Shown here: piece after piece, positions 48,494-59,111 of the stretch
How the letters are laid out: each line of letters begins with the position of its first letter
How positions within the stretch are numbered: the stretch's first letter is position 1
DNA from: an uncultured Thermoleophilaceae bacterium
Lineage (GTDB): Bacteria; Actinomycetota; Thermoleophilia; Solirubrobacterales; Thermoleophilaceae
DNA length: 64,000 nt
Assembly (NCBI GenBank): GCA_963762265.1
Contig: CAVXKC010000009.1
Location: forward strand, 360,410-424,409
Direction: 5' to 3'
Notes under the pieces: model-generated
Seen by the model: only the letters and a program-made list of their open reading frames with translations
What the model was told of the DNA's origin: nothing
Databases searched by the model: none
Program-made: the position numbers and the translations under genes

Positions 48494-49515
48494 GTCCTCG
48501 CGGCCTCGACACGACAGGCAGGCCGCTCGACCCGGCGGCTGACCGCAGCTCGCCCTCCTTCTCGGATGAGTTCGGGGGCAAGGTCATCCGTCCGGCCAAG
48601 GGCGCGACGGCGGGCTCGGCGATCGACTCGGTGGACTTCCGCGAGGCGGTCTCCAACGGAGAGGCCGACGTTCGGACAGTCGTGGAGCAATCACGTGTCC
48701 ACGAGGTGCTCGAGCAGCTCGATCGCGACCTGGTGGCGCTCGAGCCGGTGAAGCGGCGAATCCGCGAGATCGCCGCCCTGCTCGTGATCGACCGCTTGCG
48801 AGAGGAGATGAATCTCAGCTCCCAGCCCCCGACGCTGCACATGAGCCTCACCGGCAGCCCGGGGACGGGGAAGACCACCGTGGCGCTACGGATGGCCGAC
48901 ATCCTGCATCGCCTCGGCTACATCGAGAAGGGCCACCTCATCTCGGTCACCCGCGACGACCTGGTGGGCCAGTACGTCGGTCACACGGCGCCGAAGACCA
49001 AGGACGTGGTCAAACGCGCCATCGGCGGCATCCTCTTCATCGACGAGGCCTACTACCTGCACCGCCCCGACAACGAGCGCGACTACGGGCAGGAGGCGAT
49101 CGAGGTCCTGCTTCAGGTGATGGAAGCAGAGCGCCAGAACCTGGTGGTCGTAATGGCCGGCTACAAGGAGCCGATGGAGGAGTTCTTCGTGGCCAACCCC
49201 GGGATGGGGTCGCGGGTGGCCCACCACATCAGCTTCCCCGACTACGACGCCGGCGAGCTCATGCAGATAGGCCGGCTGATGGTCGGCCAACAGGGCTACG
49301 CGCTCAGCGACGAGGCCGCCGAGGCCATGCGCGAGTACATCGAGCGACGCCTCGATCAGCCGCGCTTCGCGCATGGTCGCAGCATCCGCAACGCCATCGA
49401 GCGCGCGCGGATGCGGCAGGCCACTCGGCTGTTCGACTCGGACACGAAGCTGACGAAGAAGGACCTCATCACCCTCGAGGCAGGCGACATCCTGCAGAGC
49501 TCGGTGTTCGCATGA
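48490..49515 (+). CDS. cbbX: CbbX AAA+ RuBisCO activase (red-type)
   Basis: GTG 48490 overlaps the cbbS stop (GTGA). The product reads [24 protein letters not shown]...[20 protein letters not shown]...[11 protein letters not shown]...[11 protein letters not shown]...[15 protein letters not shown]. Confidence 0.9.
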
Positions 49516-49528
49516 GGGGGGTGACGGA

Positions 49529-50513
49529 GTGCCGCGCCCGATAATCCTTGGCGTCGTCGGCGACTCCGCGGCGGGAAAGACCACGCTGACGCGAGGGCTC
49601 GTGCGGATCCTGGGCGAGGAGCAGGTGACGGCGGTCTCCACCGACGACTATCACCGCTACGACAGAAAGCAGCGCGCCGAGCGCGGCATCACACCCCTCA
49701 CTCCGGACTGCAACTACATCGAGATCATGGGCCAGCACCTCAGGCACCTCCGTGCCGGCGAGGCGATCCTCAAGCCCGTCTACCGACACGCCGACGGCAC
49801 CTTTGGCCCGCCGGTCCACGTGACTCCGAAGTCCTTCACGGTCGTGGAGGGCCTGCTCGGCTACCACGCCCCCGACATGCGTGACTGCTACGACGTGCGG
49901 ATCTACCTGGCGCCGCCCGAGGAGCTGCGACGCAGGTGGAAGGTCCAGCGCGACTGCTCGCGGCGCGGCTACACGACCGACGAGGTCCTTGCGGAGCTCG
50001 ACCGGCGCGAGCCCGACTCCGCCCAGTTCATCCGCCCGCAAGAGCGCTACGCGGACCTGGTGGTCTCGTTTCGGGAGGGCGACGACGGCGACCCCAACTC
50101 GCTCGACGCCGAGCTCGTGCTGCGCGAGGGCCTTCCGCATCCCGACCTCTCGCCGGTCGTCGGCGGCGGCGAAGGCGACATCACGACCGAGCAGCGCGGC
50201 TCCGAGGTGCTGCTGAACATCCCGGGCGACATCGAGCGCGACGAGGCCGCCAAGATCGAGGAGGCGATCTGGGAGAAGCTCCACTTCGCGTCGCACCTGC
50301 GCTCAGACCGCCTCGGCCAGTTCACGATCAACAACGACCTCAAGCGCTCCGAGTCGCTGGCGCTGGTGCAGTTGATCATCCTCTACCACCTCGTGACCGC
50401 GAAGGCCGCGATCGCGACGGGGAGCGCGGGCACCCGCGCCAACGGTGGTCGAAGTTGCTCCCGAGCCCAGCGAGTCCGAGCGGCTGGCGCAGGCCGTGAC
50501 GCCCGCGGACTAA
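49529..50513 (+). CDS. prk: phosphoribulokinase (probable late frame change at about 50420-50430)
   Basis: IILGVVGDSAAGKTTLTRGL...STDDYHRYDRKQR...TPLTPDCNYIEIM...KPVYRH..GTF...VVEGLLG...DVRIYLAPPEELRRRWKVQRD...RGYTTDEVLAELDRREPDS..FIRPQ. The raw ORF runs to 50614 as Arg-rich sequence over the convergent LysR gene. Frame 3 gives a plausible tail ending at TAA 50511-50513. Confidence 0.85.
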
Positions 50514-51430
50514 GGCCGCGGCGCCGGCGTGGCGCCCTCCACGACGCGCCGGCCCTCGCCACGCACGAACGAAAGGAACTCTCGGACCGTCGGCCTGATC
50601 GGGCCATGCTCTGAACGGAGCAGGTACCAGTCGCGCTTGGGCAGCGACACGGCGGGCTCGATCGTTGCGAGCAGGCCCAGGTCCAGCTCGAGCTGCGCCG
50701 CGAGCCGCGACTGAATCGCGACACCCAGGCGGGCCCGTGCGGCCTGCTTGATCGCGCCGTTCGAGCCGAGCGTGAACTGGGCGGGGCGCACGTCGTGCCC
50801 GGCGAGGAAGTCCTCGGTCATCGTGCGGGTGCCGGACCCCTCCTCGCGCATGAGCCACGGCCTGCGCGCCAGCTCCTCGATGGGTACCGAGCGCCGCGCG
50901 GCCAGCGCGTCGTCTGCTGCCGTGATGATCACGATCGGATTGGCGAGGAAGGGCTCGCCCACGACGCCCTTGCCCGGCGGCCGGCCGCCGATCGCAAGGT
51001 CGGACCGATGGGTCCGAAGGCGGTCGAAAACGTCCTGCCGGTTGCCGACGTGGACGCTCAGGCTGACCTCCGGGTGGAGCGCCACGAACGCCTCCATGAG
51101 CGCTGGGACGATGTGTTCGCCGGCCGTCGTCACGGCGGCGATGCGCAGCTCTCGCCCGGCGCTCTGGCCGGCCTCGCCCGCGGCTCGCCGGCCCTCTTCG
51201 AGCAGGCCGATGACATCGGCGGCGTAGGGGGCGAAGGCCTCGCCGGCCGGTGTCGGGCGGATGCTTCGTCCGACGCGCTCTGTCAGCTCGACCTCGAGCT
51301 CGCGCGACAGCGCCGAGACCGCGGCCGAGACCGAAGGCTGGGTGACGACGAGCTCGTCGGCGGCCCCCGTCACCGACCCGGTCCGGTAGACCGCGAGAAA
51401 GCTGCGCAGCTGGGTCAGCGTTATGGCCAT
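50510..51430 (-). CDS. LysR-family transcriptional regulator (possible CbbR)
   Basis: Intact 306-aa ORF with the HTH MAITLTQLRSFLAVYRTGSVTGAADELVVTQPSVSAAVSALSRELEV and a LysR substrate-binding domain. It is convergent with prk and divergent from the next gene. Confidence 0.85.
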   Translation of the reverse strand: MAITLTQLRSFLAVYRTGSVTGAADELVVTQPSVSAAVSALSRELEVELTERVGRSIRPTPAGEAFAPYAADVIGLLEEGRRAAGEAGQSAGRELRIAAVTTAGEHIVPALMEAFVALHPEVSLSVHVGNRQDVFDRLRTHRSDLAIGGRPPGKGVVGEPFLANPIVIITAADDALAARRSVPIEELARRPWLMREEGSGTRTMTEDFLAGHDVRPAQFTLGSNGAIKQAARARLGVAIQSRLAAQLELDLGLLATIEPAVSLPKRDWYLLRSEHGPIRPTVREFLSFVRGEGRRVVEGATPAPRP

Positions 51431-51475
51431 TTCCCTGGGCGACCCATCAAGCTGTCAGCGGCTTTTGGGCCGATG

Positions 51476-51493
51476 CATTGATAGCACTCAATG
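51476..51493. promoter_or_regulatory. LysR-type T-N11-A palindrome CATTGA-TAGCAC-TCAATG
   Basis: A perfect 6-bp inverted repeat with a 6-nt spacer lies 46 bp upstream of the LysR start, in the divergent intergenic region. A second palindrome, GTATC-GATT-GATAC, is at 51538-51551. Confidence 0.4.
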
Positions 51494-51576
51494 GGTGAGC
51501 GGCAAAGTCCGATGGACGTTTGTTGTCAGGTTCGCTTGTATCGATTGATACTTTCGACTATGGCCGGGAGGTCGCA

Positions 51577-52029
51577 ATGCCGGAACCGAGCTCAGTCCTG
51601 CTGGTGGCCAATCGCACGGCCACGGGCGCCCACATGTGCCGCATCGTCAAGCGGCTTGGGGAGGCCGGCGCGGTCAGGTTCCACCTGGTCGTGCCGGCCA
51701 CTCCGCGGGGGCTGCACCGGGTCGTCGATCCGGAGGTGGCCGGCCGCGTCGAGGCTCGAGCTGCACTCGAGGCGGCACGCGGCCCCTTGAGTGAAGCCGC
51801 CGGCTTCGAGGTCAGCGGCGAGGTCGGCGACGCCGACCCGCTCGCCGCCATCCAGGACGCGCTCGGAGGGGGCGACTTCGACGAGATCGTCGTGTCAACC
51901 CTCCCGAGACGCCTGTCGCGGTGGCTTCACCTCGATCTGCCCGCGAAGGCGCGAGGCCTCGGGCTGCCGGTCACCCACGTAGAAGCCGAGGACGTGGAGG
52001 AACCCGCGCTCGCCCAGAGAGCCGCCTAG
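51577..52029 (+). CDS. hypothetical protein, USP/adenine-nucleotide-alpha-hydrolase-like fold suspected
   Basis: ATG 51577 follows the SD GGGAGG. The product reads VLLVANRTATG...VRFHLVVPAT...DADPLAAIQDALGGGDFDEIVVSTLPRRLSRWLHLDLPAK. The family call is tentative. Confidence 0.5.
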   Translation: MPEPSSVLLVANRTATGAHMCRIVKRLGEAGAVRFHLVVPATPRGLHRVVDPEVAGRVEARAALEAARGPLSEAAGFEVSGEVGDADPLAAIQDALGGGDFDEIVVSTLPRRLSRWLHLDLPAKARGLGLPVTHVEAEDVEEPALAQRAA

Positions 52030-52047
52030 CGGACTTCGCCGAATGGC

Positions 52048-52486
52048 CTAACGGGTTTCGAGAAGCGCCCGGAGAGCCTGGAGATCCTTCTTCAGGCCCG
52101 AGCGCACGATCGGCGCGAGCAGCGGGCCAAGCAGCCGCATCCCGCCCTTGGGGTCCAGGTCGATGGTGTAGGTGAACACGGCGTGGTCGCCGTTCGGGGT
52201 GGGGCGCACGGTCCGTCCGCCGGCGAGACCGCCGATGGTTCCGCTTGCCCGTGAATCGATACGAGGCGCCCGGATCCAGCTCGGTTACGACCGTGTCGGC
52301 GCTGAAGTCGCGACCGGCGGAATGGACCACCTCGCGGACCTTGGTGCCCACCGACGGCGGTCCCGGCGGGTCGGGCGTCATTTCGCGAAGTCCCTTGCGC
52401 CACTGAAGGTCGAAGGAATAGTCGGCGATCGCGTCCCACACCTCGTCCGCCGGCCTGGCGATCTGAACGGACTCCTCGATGCGCAT
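52048..52486 (-). pseudogene. SRPBCC (polyketide cyclase/START-like) protein, one frame change at about 52245
   Basis: MRIEESVQIARPADEVWDAIADYSFDLQWRKGLREMTPDP...DTVVTELDPGASYRFTG is in one frame. GGLAGGRTVRPTPNGDHAVFTYTIDLDPKGGMRLLGPLLAPIVRSGLKKDLQALRALLETR is in another, down to the stop at 52048. Confidence 0.65.
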
Positions 52487-52522
52487 GGCCGGCGCAGCCT
52501 AATCGACCTGTTTACTACCGGC

Positions 52523-54249
52523 GTGCTCTTTGTTGCCGTCGAAGGACAGCGGGCGTCCCGAGCCGTCGCCCGGATCGCGGTCACACTCGTGCTCGCACTC
52601 GCTGTGGCGGGCTCCTGCGCTGTGTCCGCCGTGGCCCGATCGCCCGAGATCACGTTCTACTTCGGGCTCGAGCGGCCCGAGGCCCAGGCGCGCGCCGCCT
52701 TTACCGCGGTCAGCCAGCCCGGCTCGCCGACCTACCGGCGGTTCCTGAGCACGCGGCAGGTGGCGCGTCGCTACGGCGCGAGCCGGCGCACCGTCGCCGC
52801 GCTGCGGAGCGTGGCCCGGCGCCATGGGCTCTCGGCGCGCGTCGACCGCTCGCGCGTGTTCGCCCGCGTGCGCGGCACCGTGCGCCGCTTCGAGCGCCTG
52901 TTCGGCGTGCGCATCCGGCGCCAGTTCGACAACGACGTCATAGCCAACGGCTACTTCGTCACGGGCAGAGGACCGCTTCGGCTTCCCAAGGGCTTCCGGC
53001 CGCTTGTCCGCGAGGTCGTCGCCTCGTTCAGCCGCTCGACCCGGCTCAAACCGGGCAGCGCTGCGGCAGACGGCCGCGCGGCGGCCGCCCCCGCGCCCGC
53101 TAACGCCGGCACCTGGACCGGTGGCTGCGCGGACGCCCAGGCCACCGGCGCCTACAGCTTCGCGCAGGTGCGCAGCGCCTACGGCCTCGACTCGGTCGGT
53201 CCCGGCGCGGACGCATCGGTGGCGATCGTGAACGCGGGGGAGGGCATCCCCGCGCCGGACATCGCCCGCGCCGCCGAATGCTTTGGCCTCCCGGCGCTGG
53301 CCACGCGCACCCTGCTCACCGACGGCCAGGCACGTCCGTTCGGCCGAGGCTCGTTCGAGCCGCAGGAGGACCTCGCCCTCGTGCGCGGGATGGCGCCGGG
53401 GCTCGGGTCGGCGACATTCAGTCAGGTATGGCTTGCGAGCCAGCTCTGGTTCCTCGGCATTGCCGAAGTGCTGGCGGCGCCCCGCCTGCCCGATGCGCTC
53501 TCGTTCTCCTACGGGGAATGTGAGCGCGACGTCCGCGGAGCGCGTGCCCAGCGGAGCTCGCGCGCGGGGCGGTGCTCTTCGACTCGCTGCTCGTGCGCCT
53601 GGGACTTGCGGGAGTCGGCGCCTTCGCGTCGGCCGGCGACTTCGGCTCGACCTGCAACGGCCAGCCGTTCCGGGCAGTCACCTGGCCGGCCTCCTCTCCG
53701 TACCTCACCGCGGTCGGCGGCACCAGGCTGGTCCTCGACAGCGCAAACGCGCGCGCGGACGAAGTCGTCTGGAACGACCTCGAGTGGCTCACGTCGGGCA
53801 ACGGCGGAGGGGCGGGCGGCGGCGGGCTCTCGGCCGTCTCGCGGCGCCCCGCGTACCAGCGCGGGCTGACGGTACCCGGCGCCAAGCGCGCCGTGCCCGA
53901 CGTCTCCGCCCACGCTTCGATGCTCCCGGGTTGGCCGGTGGTGCTCAACGGCAACTGGGTAGAGGACGCCGGCACGAGCGCCTCGGCCCCGCTGCTGGCG
54001 GGCGGCTTCGCCGTTCTCAGCGCAAACGAGCGCGCCGCCGGGCGGCCACCGCTCGGGCCCGTGAACGGCCTTCTCTACGCGTTGGAGACCAGCGCGCCGG
54101 ACACGCTCTTCGACGTCGTGTCCGGCTCCAACGGCTACGTGCCCAGGGTGCCCGCGCTCAGCGCCGCTCCCGGCTATGACCGGGCGAGCGGACTAGGTGT
54201 CCCGCGCTTCGACCGGCTCGCGGCCGCCCTGCCGCCCCCGGCGCCCTGA
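52523..54249 (+). pseudogene. S53 (sedolisin/kumamolisin-like) serine peptidase with pro-domain, one -1 frame change at about 53540
   Basis: A signal/anchor is followed by the pro-domain (FTAVSQPGSPTYRRFLSTRQVARRYGAS...) and SFSYGECE in frame 2. AFASAGDFGS...TAVGGTRL...GGGAGGGGLS...PDVSAHAS...GTSASAPLLAGGFAVL (catalytic Ser) follows in frame 1. Confidence 0.75.
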
Positions 54250-55717
54250 GGCCGCGCCCGCGCTCCTCGGCGGAGCCGCTCGCCACCGCCACGCGCAGGG
54301 CGGCGCCGGCGTGAGCGTCGTCTGGCCACCAACCGGCGGGCGTCCCGTCGGGTCGGACCAGCAGCGCGCCCGCGCCGCGGATGCCGAGGGCGCGCGCGAC
54401 GATCGGGTCGAGCCCGTACACGACGAGCGGCATGGGCCGAGGTACGGCGGCCGCGGCTGCCTCCCACGCCGCTCGCCGCGGTCCGGTGAACAGGGTCAGC
54501 CCGTCGCCGAGGAGGTCGAGCGTGGAGCGCCGGCCCGCCGATGAGCGCAACCAGACATGCGCGATCCGGCCTCCGATGTCGGCATGGGTCGCCTGGGCGA
54601 CATCCTGAACCGTGCCCTCCGGGTCCGCCGAGCGTGCCGTGTTGTGCTCGGCCACCGGCCTGCGCTCGGCCTCGTAGGAGTCGAGCAGCGCGGGCCCGGC
54701 CCAACCCCGCAGTACCCAGGCGAGCTTCCAGCCGAGGTCATGGCCGTCGTGGATGGCGGTGTTCATTCCGTTACCGCCCCGCGGCGTCATCCGGTGCGCG
54801 GCGTCTCCGACGAGGAAAGCGCTGCCCTTCCGGAAGCGCTCCGCGAGTTGGGCGGCGAAGGTGAACGCGCCGATGCGCTCGATGCGGGGCTGCAGGGCCG
54901 GGTCGCCGGCGGCGGCCCGGATGCGGCGCCGAAGCTGCTCCTCCGTGGCGCCGGCGAGATGCTCGCCACCGGGCCGGACCCGCGTGCCGTACAGCCAGCG
55001 ATCACCGCGGCCCGCGGGCAGGATGATGCCGGCGGCGTCGGGGTGGTTGATGTCGTAGAGGGCGTAGCGGCGCTCGCCGAGGAGGTCCCACAGCGGCGCG
55101 CGAAACAGCGCCGTCACCGCCCGGTCGAGATCGCCGGGCCCGTGCATCGGGATGCCCAAGGACGTTCGTACCGCGCTGTGCGCGCCGTCGGCGCCAACGA
55201 GGTAGCGCGCGTGAACCGTCCTCGGCTCTCCCGTGGCGACGTCGCGCAGAGCGGCGCGGACCCCCTCGCACCGGTCTCCACGGCGGTGACCTCGGTGGCG
55301 AATTGCACGCGGGCGGCGCCGAGTGAAGCGAGATGACGAAGGAGCACCGGTTCCAGGTGGTCCTGCGCCACGCACGCCGGCTTGGTCGGGCTGACCACCG
55401 CGCTCTGCGCTCGGCTGGGCCAGCCGAGCGGCGCCACGGAGCCGGCGGAGCTCAGGGTGTTGCCTACCCATCCCTTCCATTCCACGTCGACTGCTCCCTC
55501 GCGGACCTCTTCCTCCAGTCCCCACGAGCGCATCAGCTCCATCGCGCGGAGGTTCATCCCGGTCGCGCGGGGCAGGCCCGACAGCTCGCGCCTGCGTTCG
55601 ACCAGCAGGCACTCGACACCCTGCCGGGCCAGGGCGATCGCCGCTGTCGAGCCGGCTGGCGCTCACGATCGGCACGGGCACTTCGGTGTGTGAGGTCGCA
55701 TTGCTCATGGCGGCCAT
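54158..55717 (-). pseudogene. FAD-dependent aromatic-ring monooxygenase (PheA/TfdB-like), about 3 frame changes
   Basis: The minus strand gives an N-terminal FAD fold split over frames (..PVPIVSA / GPAGSTAAIALARQGVECLLVERR / NLRAMELMRSWGLEEEV...). ARYLVGADGAHSAVRTSLGI follows, then the intact FLVGDAAHRMTPRGGNGMNTAIHDGHDLGWKLAWVLRG...SYEAERRPVAEHN. The 3' end overlaps the S53 gene by ~90 nt, so the stop is uncertain. Confidence 0.75.
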
Positions 55718-55777
55718 GGTTGCGGCGAGCCGCGAACCGACCTGAGCACTCGCCTACTCAACTCTCGGCGGCCGCGT

Positions 55778-58414
55778 CTACTCAGGTGCGCCGCCGAGGA
55801 CCTGGGCGAGGTCCTGGCGGCGGGTGACGCCGAGCTTGCGGTAGGCGCGCTGGAGGTGGTTGTCGACCGTCCGCACGGACACGACGAGCCGCTCGGCGAT
55901 CTGGCGGCTGCTCAGCCCCGATGCGGCAAGCACGGCGATCTCTCGCTCGCGCCGGGTTAGTTCGTCCGACCACTTGCCCGCCCAGCAGCGTCGGTGGTCG
56001 CGCGCCCTCGCAGGCGTCGAGCAGCACGGCGGCGCGCGCCGCCGCCGCGCGGGCGCTCGCGTCGCGACCGGCATCGCGAAACGCCGCGGCGGCGGCGTCC
56101 GCGGCCTCGGCAGCCGACGCAGCAGCGCGCCCTCGGTCGGCGAACCGCTCGGCGACGTCGAGAAGAGCGGGCCCGTCGCGGGCGACGAGGGCCTCGGCGT
56201 GCGCGGCGGCGCTGGCCGCGAACGATCCGTCGACCTCGCGCGGCGAGCGCGGGCCAGCCGTGGCGCGCCCGAGGCGGCGTCACCCAAGCGGCAGAGCTCG
56301 TGGAGCGCGCGCACGGTGTACCCGTCCTGGCCGCGCGACTGCGTCAACTCACTCGTTTCGCGCGCGAGTGCGCGCGCCCGCGAGTGCTCGCCGGCCGCCG
56401 CGGCGCTCCACGCCCGCGCCAGCCCGAGCTCGAATTCGAAGCCCTTGTGCCCGAGCGGCGTGCGCTCGAGCTCCGCGACCGTCTGGCGAGCCAGGTCGGG
56501 TTCGCCGGCCTGCGCTGCGGCTTGGGTCGATTCCCGCGAGCGCCCAGGCCAGCATCCCGGACGGGTCGGCGTCGCGCAGCAGCGCCGCGCTCTCGCGAAA
56601 CCGGCGCAGCGCCGTCCGCACGCTGCCCCGCGCCAGCCAGATGAAGCCGAGCGACGCCGCCTCGACAGCCGCGGTCTGCGCCGAGCGGCGTGTCGAGCGC
56701 GAGCGCGTAGACGCCCTGCGACGTCTCGGTCGCCTCGACCAGACGCCCGGCGAAGCGCAAGGCGAGCCCGCGCATGCTCAGCAGCACCGACTCCAAGACT
56801 GGAAGCTCCTCGCGGTGGCGGCGCGCCACCGGCTCCCAGGCCTGAGTCAGCGCAACGGCCTCGTCGGTCCGGCCGCACGAGAGCAGCGCCTCGGCCGCGG
56901 CGAGGACCGCGGGCAGCCTCGCCTGCTCGCGCACGCTCGCGTCCTCGAGCAGCGGGAGCGCGGCGGCCAGCGCCTCGGCGGGCCGGCCGTGCGCGGCCTC
57001 CAGCCTGACGCGCTGCGCGGCGAGCTCGGCGCGCAGCTCATCGTCGGAGACAGCACGTTCGGCGCGCCGCAGCGCGGCGTCGGCCTCGGCGGCCCGTTCG
57101 AGTCCCCAGAACGCGTTCCTGGCGATCGCGATGGCCACCTCGGCTCGCTCGGCGTCGCTGCCGGCTTGCAGTTCCAGCGTCCGCCAGCAGCGCGTGAGCC
57201 TCCTCCGCGCGACCGGCGCCGGCAAGCGCTCGCCCCAGCAAGAGGCGCGCGCCGAAGCCTCCGCCCGCCTGGACCGCGGCCCGCGCCAAGCGCTCGGCGA
57301 GGACCAGGTCGAGCGCCGCCAGCGCCTGGCCTGCCGCGCGCTCGAGCAGGTCGCTATCGCCGGCCCCGCCGGAATCGAGCCGCCACACGGCGAGCCTGAG
57401 CAGGTCCTCGCGACGCCGCCCCCCGCGCGCCTCGACGGCTTCGGCCAGCCGTCGCTGGATTGCTTCCAGGCGGGTTGGCGTGAGTCCCGCTCGGATGACC
57501 TCCCCGTGCAACGGATGCGCCACGTCGATCGCCCGCCGCCGGCCGTCCTCGCGGCGTTCGACGACCTCGTGGACCTCGAGCGACGAGAGTGCCGGCAGCT
57601 CGCCCGGTTCCAGCAATCCGATCTCGAGCGGCGCGCCGATCGCCACCAGCTCGAGCACGCGTCGCTCGGGGGCTTCGAGCGCCTCGAGCCTGGCCTCGAC
57701 CAGCTCGCTCAGCCGCATCCCCGTGGCCATGTCGCCGCGCCAGCTCCAGATACCGCCCTGCTCGGTCAGCGCGCCCCGCTCGATTCCGTAGCGCACCAGC
57801 TCACGCGCGAACAGCGCGTTGCCCCGCGTCAGCTCCCAGAGCGCGTGGCCGCTCGGTCCATCGACCGGTCCGCCCAGCGCCTCAACGAGGAGGCGCTCCA
57901 GGTCATCGCGAGCGAGGGCGTCGAGCTCGAGCCGGGAGCACAGCTCGTCCTTCCACAGGGCCCGCAGCGCATCCGGCACCCGCTCGCCCCGCCGAACGGT
58001 GACCACGGCGAAGGCCTCGCGAGCCGCCACGAGCTGATGCAGCAAGGCGGCCGAGGCGTCGTCGAGCAGCTGGCCGTCGTCGACGCACAGCACCAGTCGA
58101 CGCCCGCCGGTGCGCTCAGCCAGAGCATGACGCGCGCGCGACAGCAGCTCGGCGCCGCCCTCTGAAGTGCTGTCCGGCGCGGCGGGCACAAGTGCCGCGA
58201 ACGCCCCGAGGGGGATCGTCGCCGCCGAGCGCGTTGCTCGCACCCACTCGACCGCACAGTCGCGCGATGCGGCAACTCGGGAGACCTCTGCTGCCAGCCG
58301 CGTCTTGCCGACCCCGGCGGCCCCCACCACGACCACTCCACCGGTCGACCCGTCCGACAGCAACTCGCCGGCCAGAGCCAGTTCACGATCACGCCCCACG
58401 AGCGGCCAGGCCAC
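55778..58414 (-). pseudogene. large LuxR-family regulator (N-terminal AAA/STAND-like ATPase + TPR-like repeats + C-terminal LuxR HTH), several frame changes
   Basis: The N-terminal part (458 aa, intact) reads LVGRDRELALAGELL...VVVGAAGVGKTRLAAEV...LVLCVDDGQLLDDASAALL. The middle is split over ORFs 56344..57225 and others. The C-terminus reads LTRREREIAVLAASGLSSRQIAERLVVSVRTVDNHLQRAYRKLGV. Confidence 0.75.
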
Positions 58415-58448
58415 ACCCGCAGTTTGAACAACAGCGCGAGGCGACCGG

Positions 58449-59111
58449 TCAACCGATGTCCTGGGCAGGGGGGAGGCGCATCTCGAAGCCGGCGATCAGG
58501 GCGCCCAGGCCGGCTTCGAAGCTGTCGTCCGGCCCGACGAGACCCGCCGCGGCGGCGGCTTGGCCGAGGTTCGGGTATGACCCGGTCTCGAGCAGGTCGC
58601 GCTGGCGCGCGGCGCTCTCGCCCAGCGCGCGCTCCTCCTCGACACTCGTGGGAAGACCGGACTCGTCGAGCGCGTGGCCGATCACGAAGCACGACGTGGC
58701 GTGAACGGCTGCCAGCGCACCTGCCGGATCGAATCCCGCCCGGAGCAGGATTCCGAGGGCGGTATCGAGGACACGGAGCGCGGCGGGGCTGATGTCCGGG
58801 CGCGTGACGACGGCGGGGAGAGTGTTCGGATGTCTGCGTAGAGCGGCCCTGTAGCCGCGGGCCAGGCTCGCAAGCTGCTCTGTCCAGGGCGCATCTCGTG
58901 GCACGTCCACCGGCACCTGTCCGATCACCGCTTCCACGACGCCGTCGAGGACGGCGGCCTTGTTCGACAGGTGGTGGTAGACCGCCATCGGATCGAGGCC
59001 CAGCTCGCGGCCGAGGGCGCGCATTGTCAGGCCGTCGAGCCCGTCGCGGTCCACGACTCGTAGCGCCGCGGCGAGCGCTCGCTCGCGCGTGAGCACCCGT
59101 CGAGCATTCAT
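58449..59111 (-). CDS. TetR-family transcriptional regulator
   Basis: ATG 59111 overlaps the stop of the upstream protease gene (ATGA). The product reads LTRERALAAALRVVDRDGLDGLTMRALGRELGLDPMAVYHHLSNK plus a helical ligand domain. Confidence 0.85.
   Translation of the reverse strand: MNARRVLTRERALAAALRVVDRDGLDGLTMRALGRELGLDPMAVYHHLSNKAAVLDGVVEAVIGQVPVDVPRDAPWTEQLASLARGYRAALRRHPNTLPAVVTRPDISPAALRVLDTALGILLRAGFDPAGALAAVHATSCFVIGHALDESGLPTSVEEERALGESAARQRDLLETGSYPNLGQAAAAAGLVGPDDSFEAGLGALIAGFEMRLPPAQDIG

Noticed and set aside
50510-51430. Calling the LysR gene cbbR outright
   Set aside because: Adjacency to prk is suggestive. However, the gene is convergent with the operon and divergent from another gene that has its own LysR-type box. 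It is kept as LysR-family, possible CbbR.
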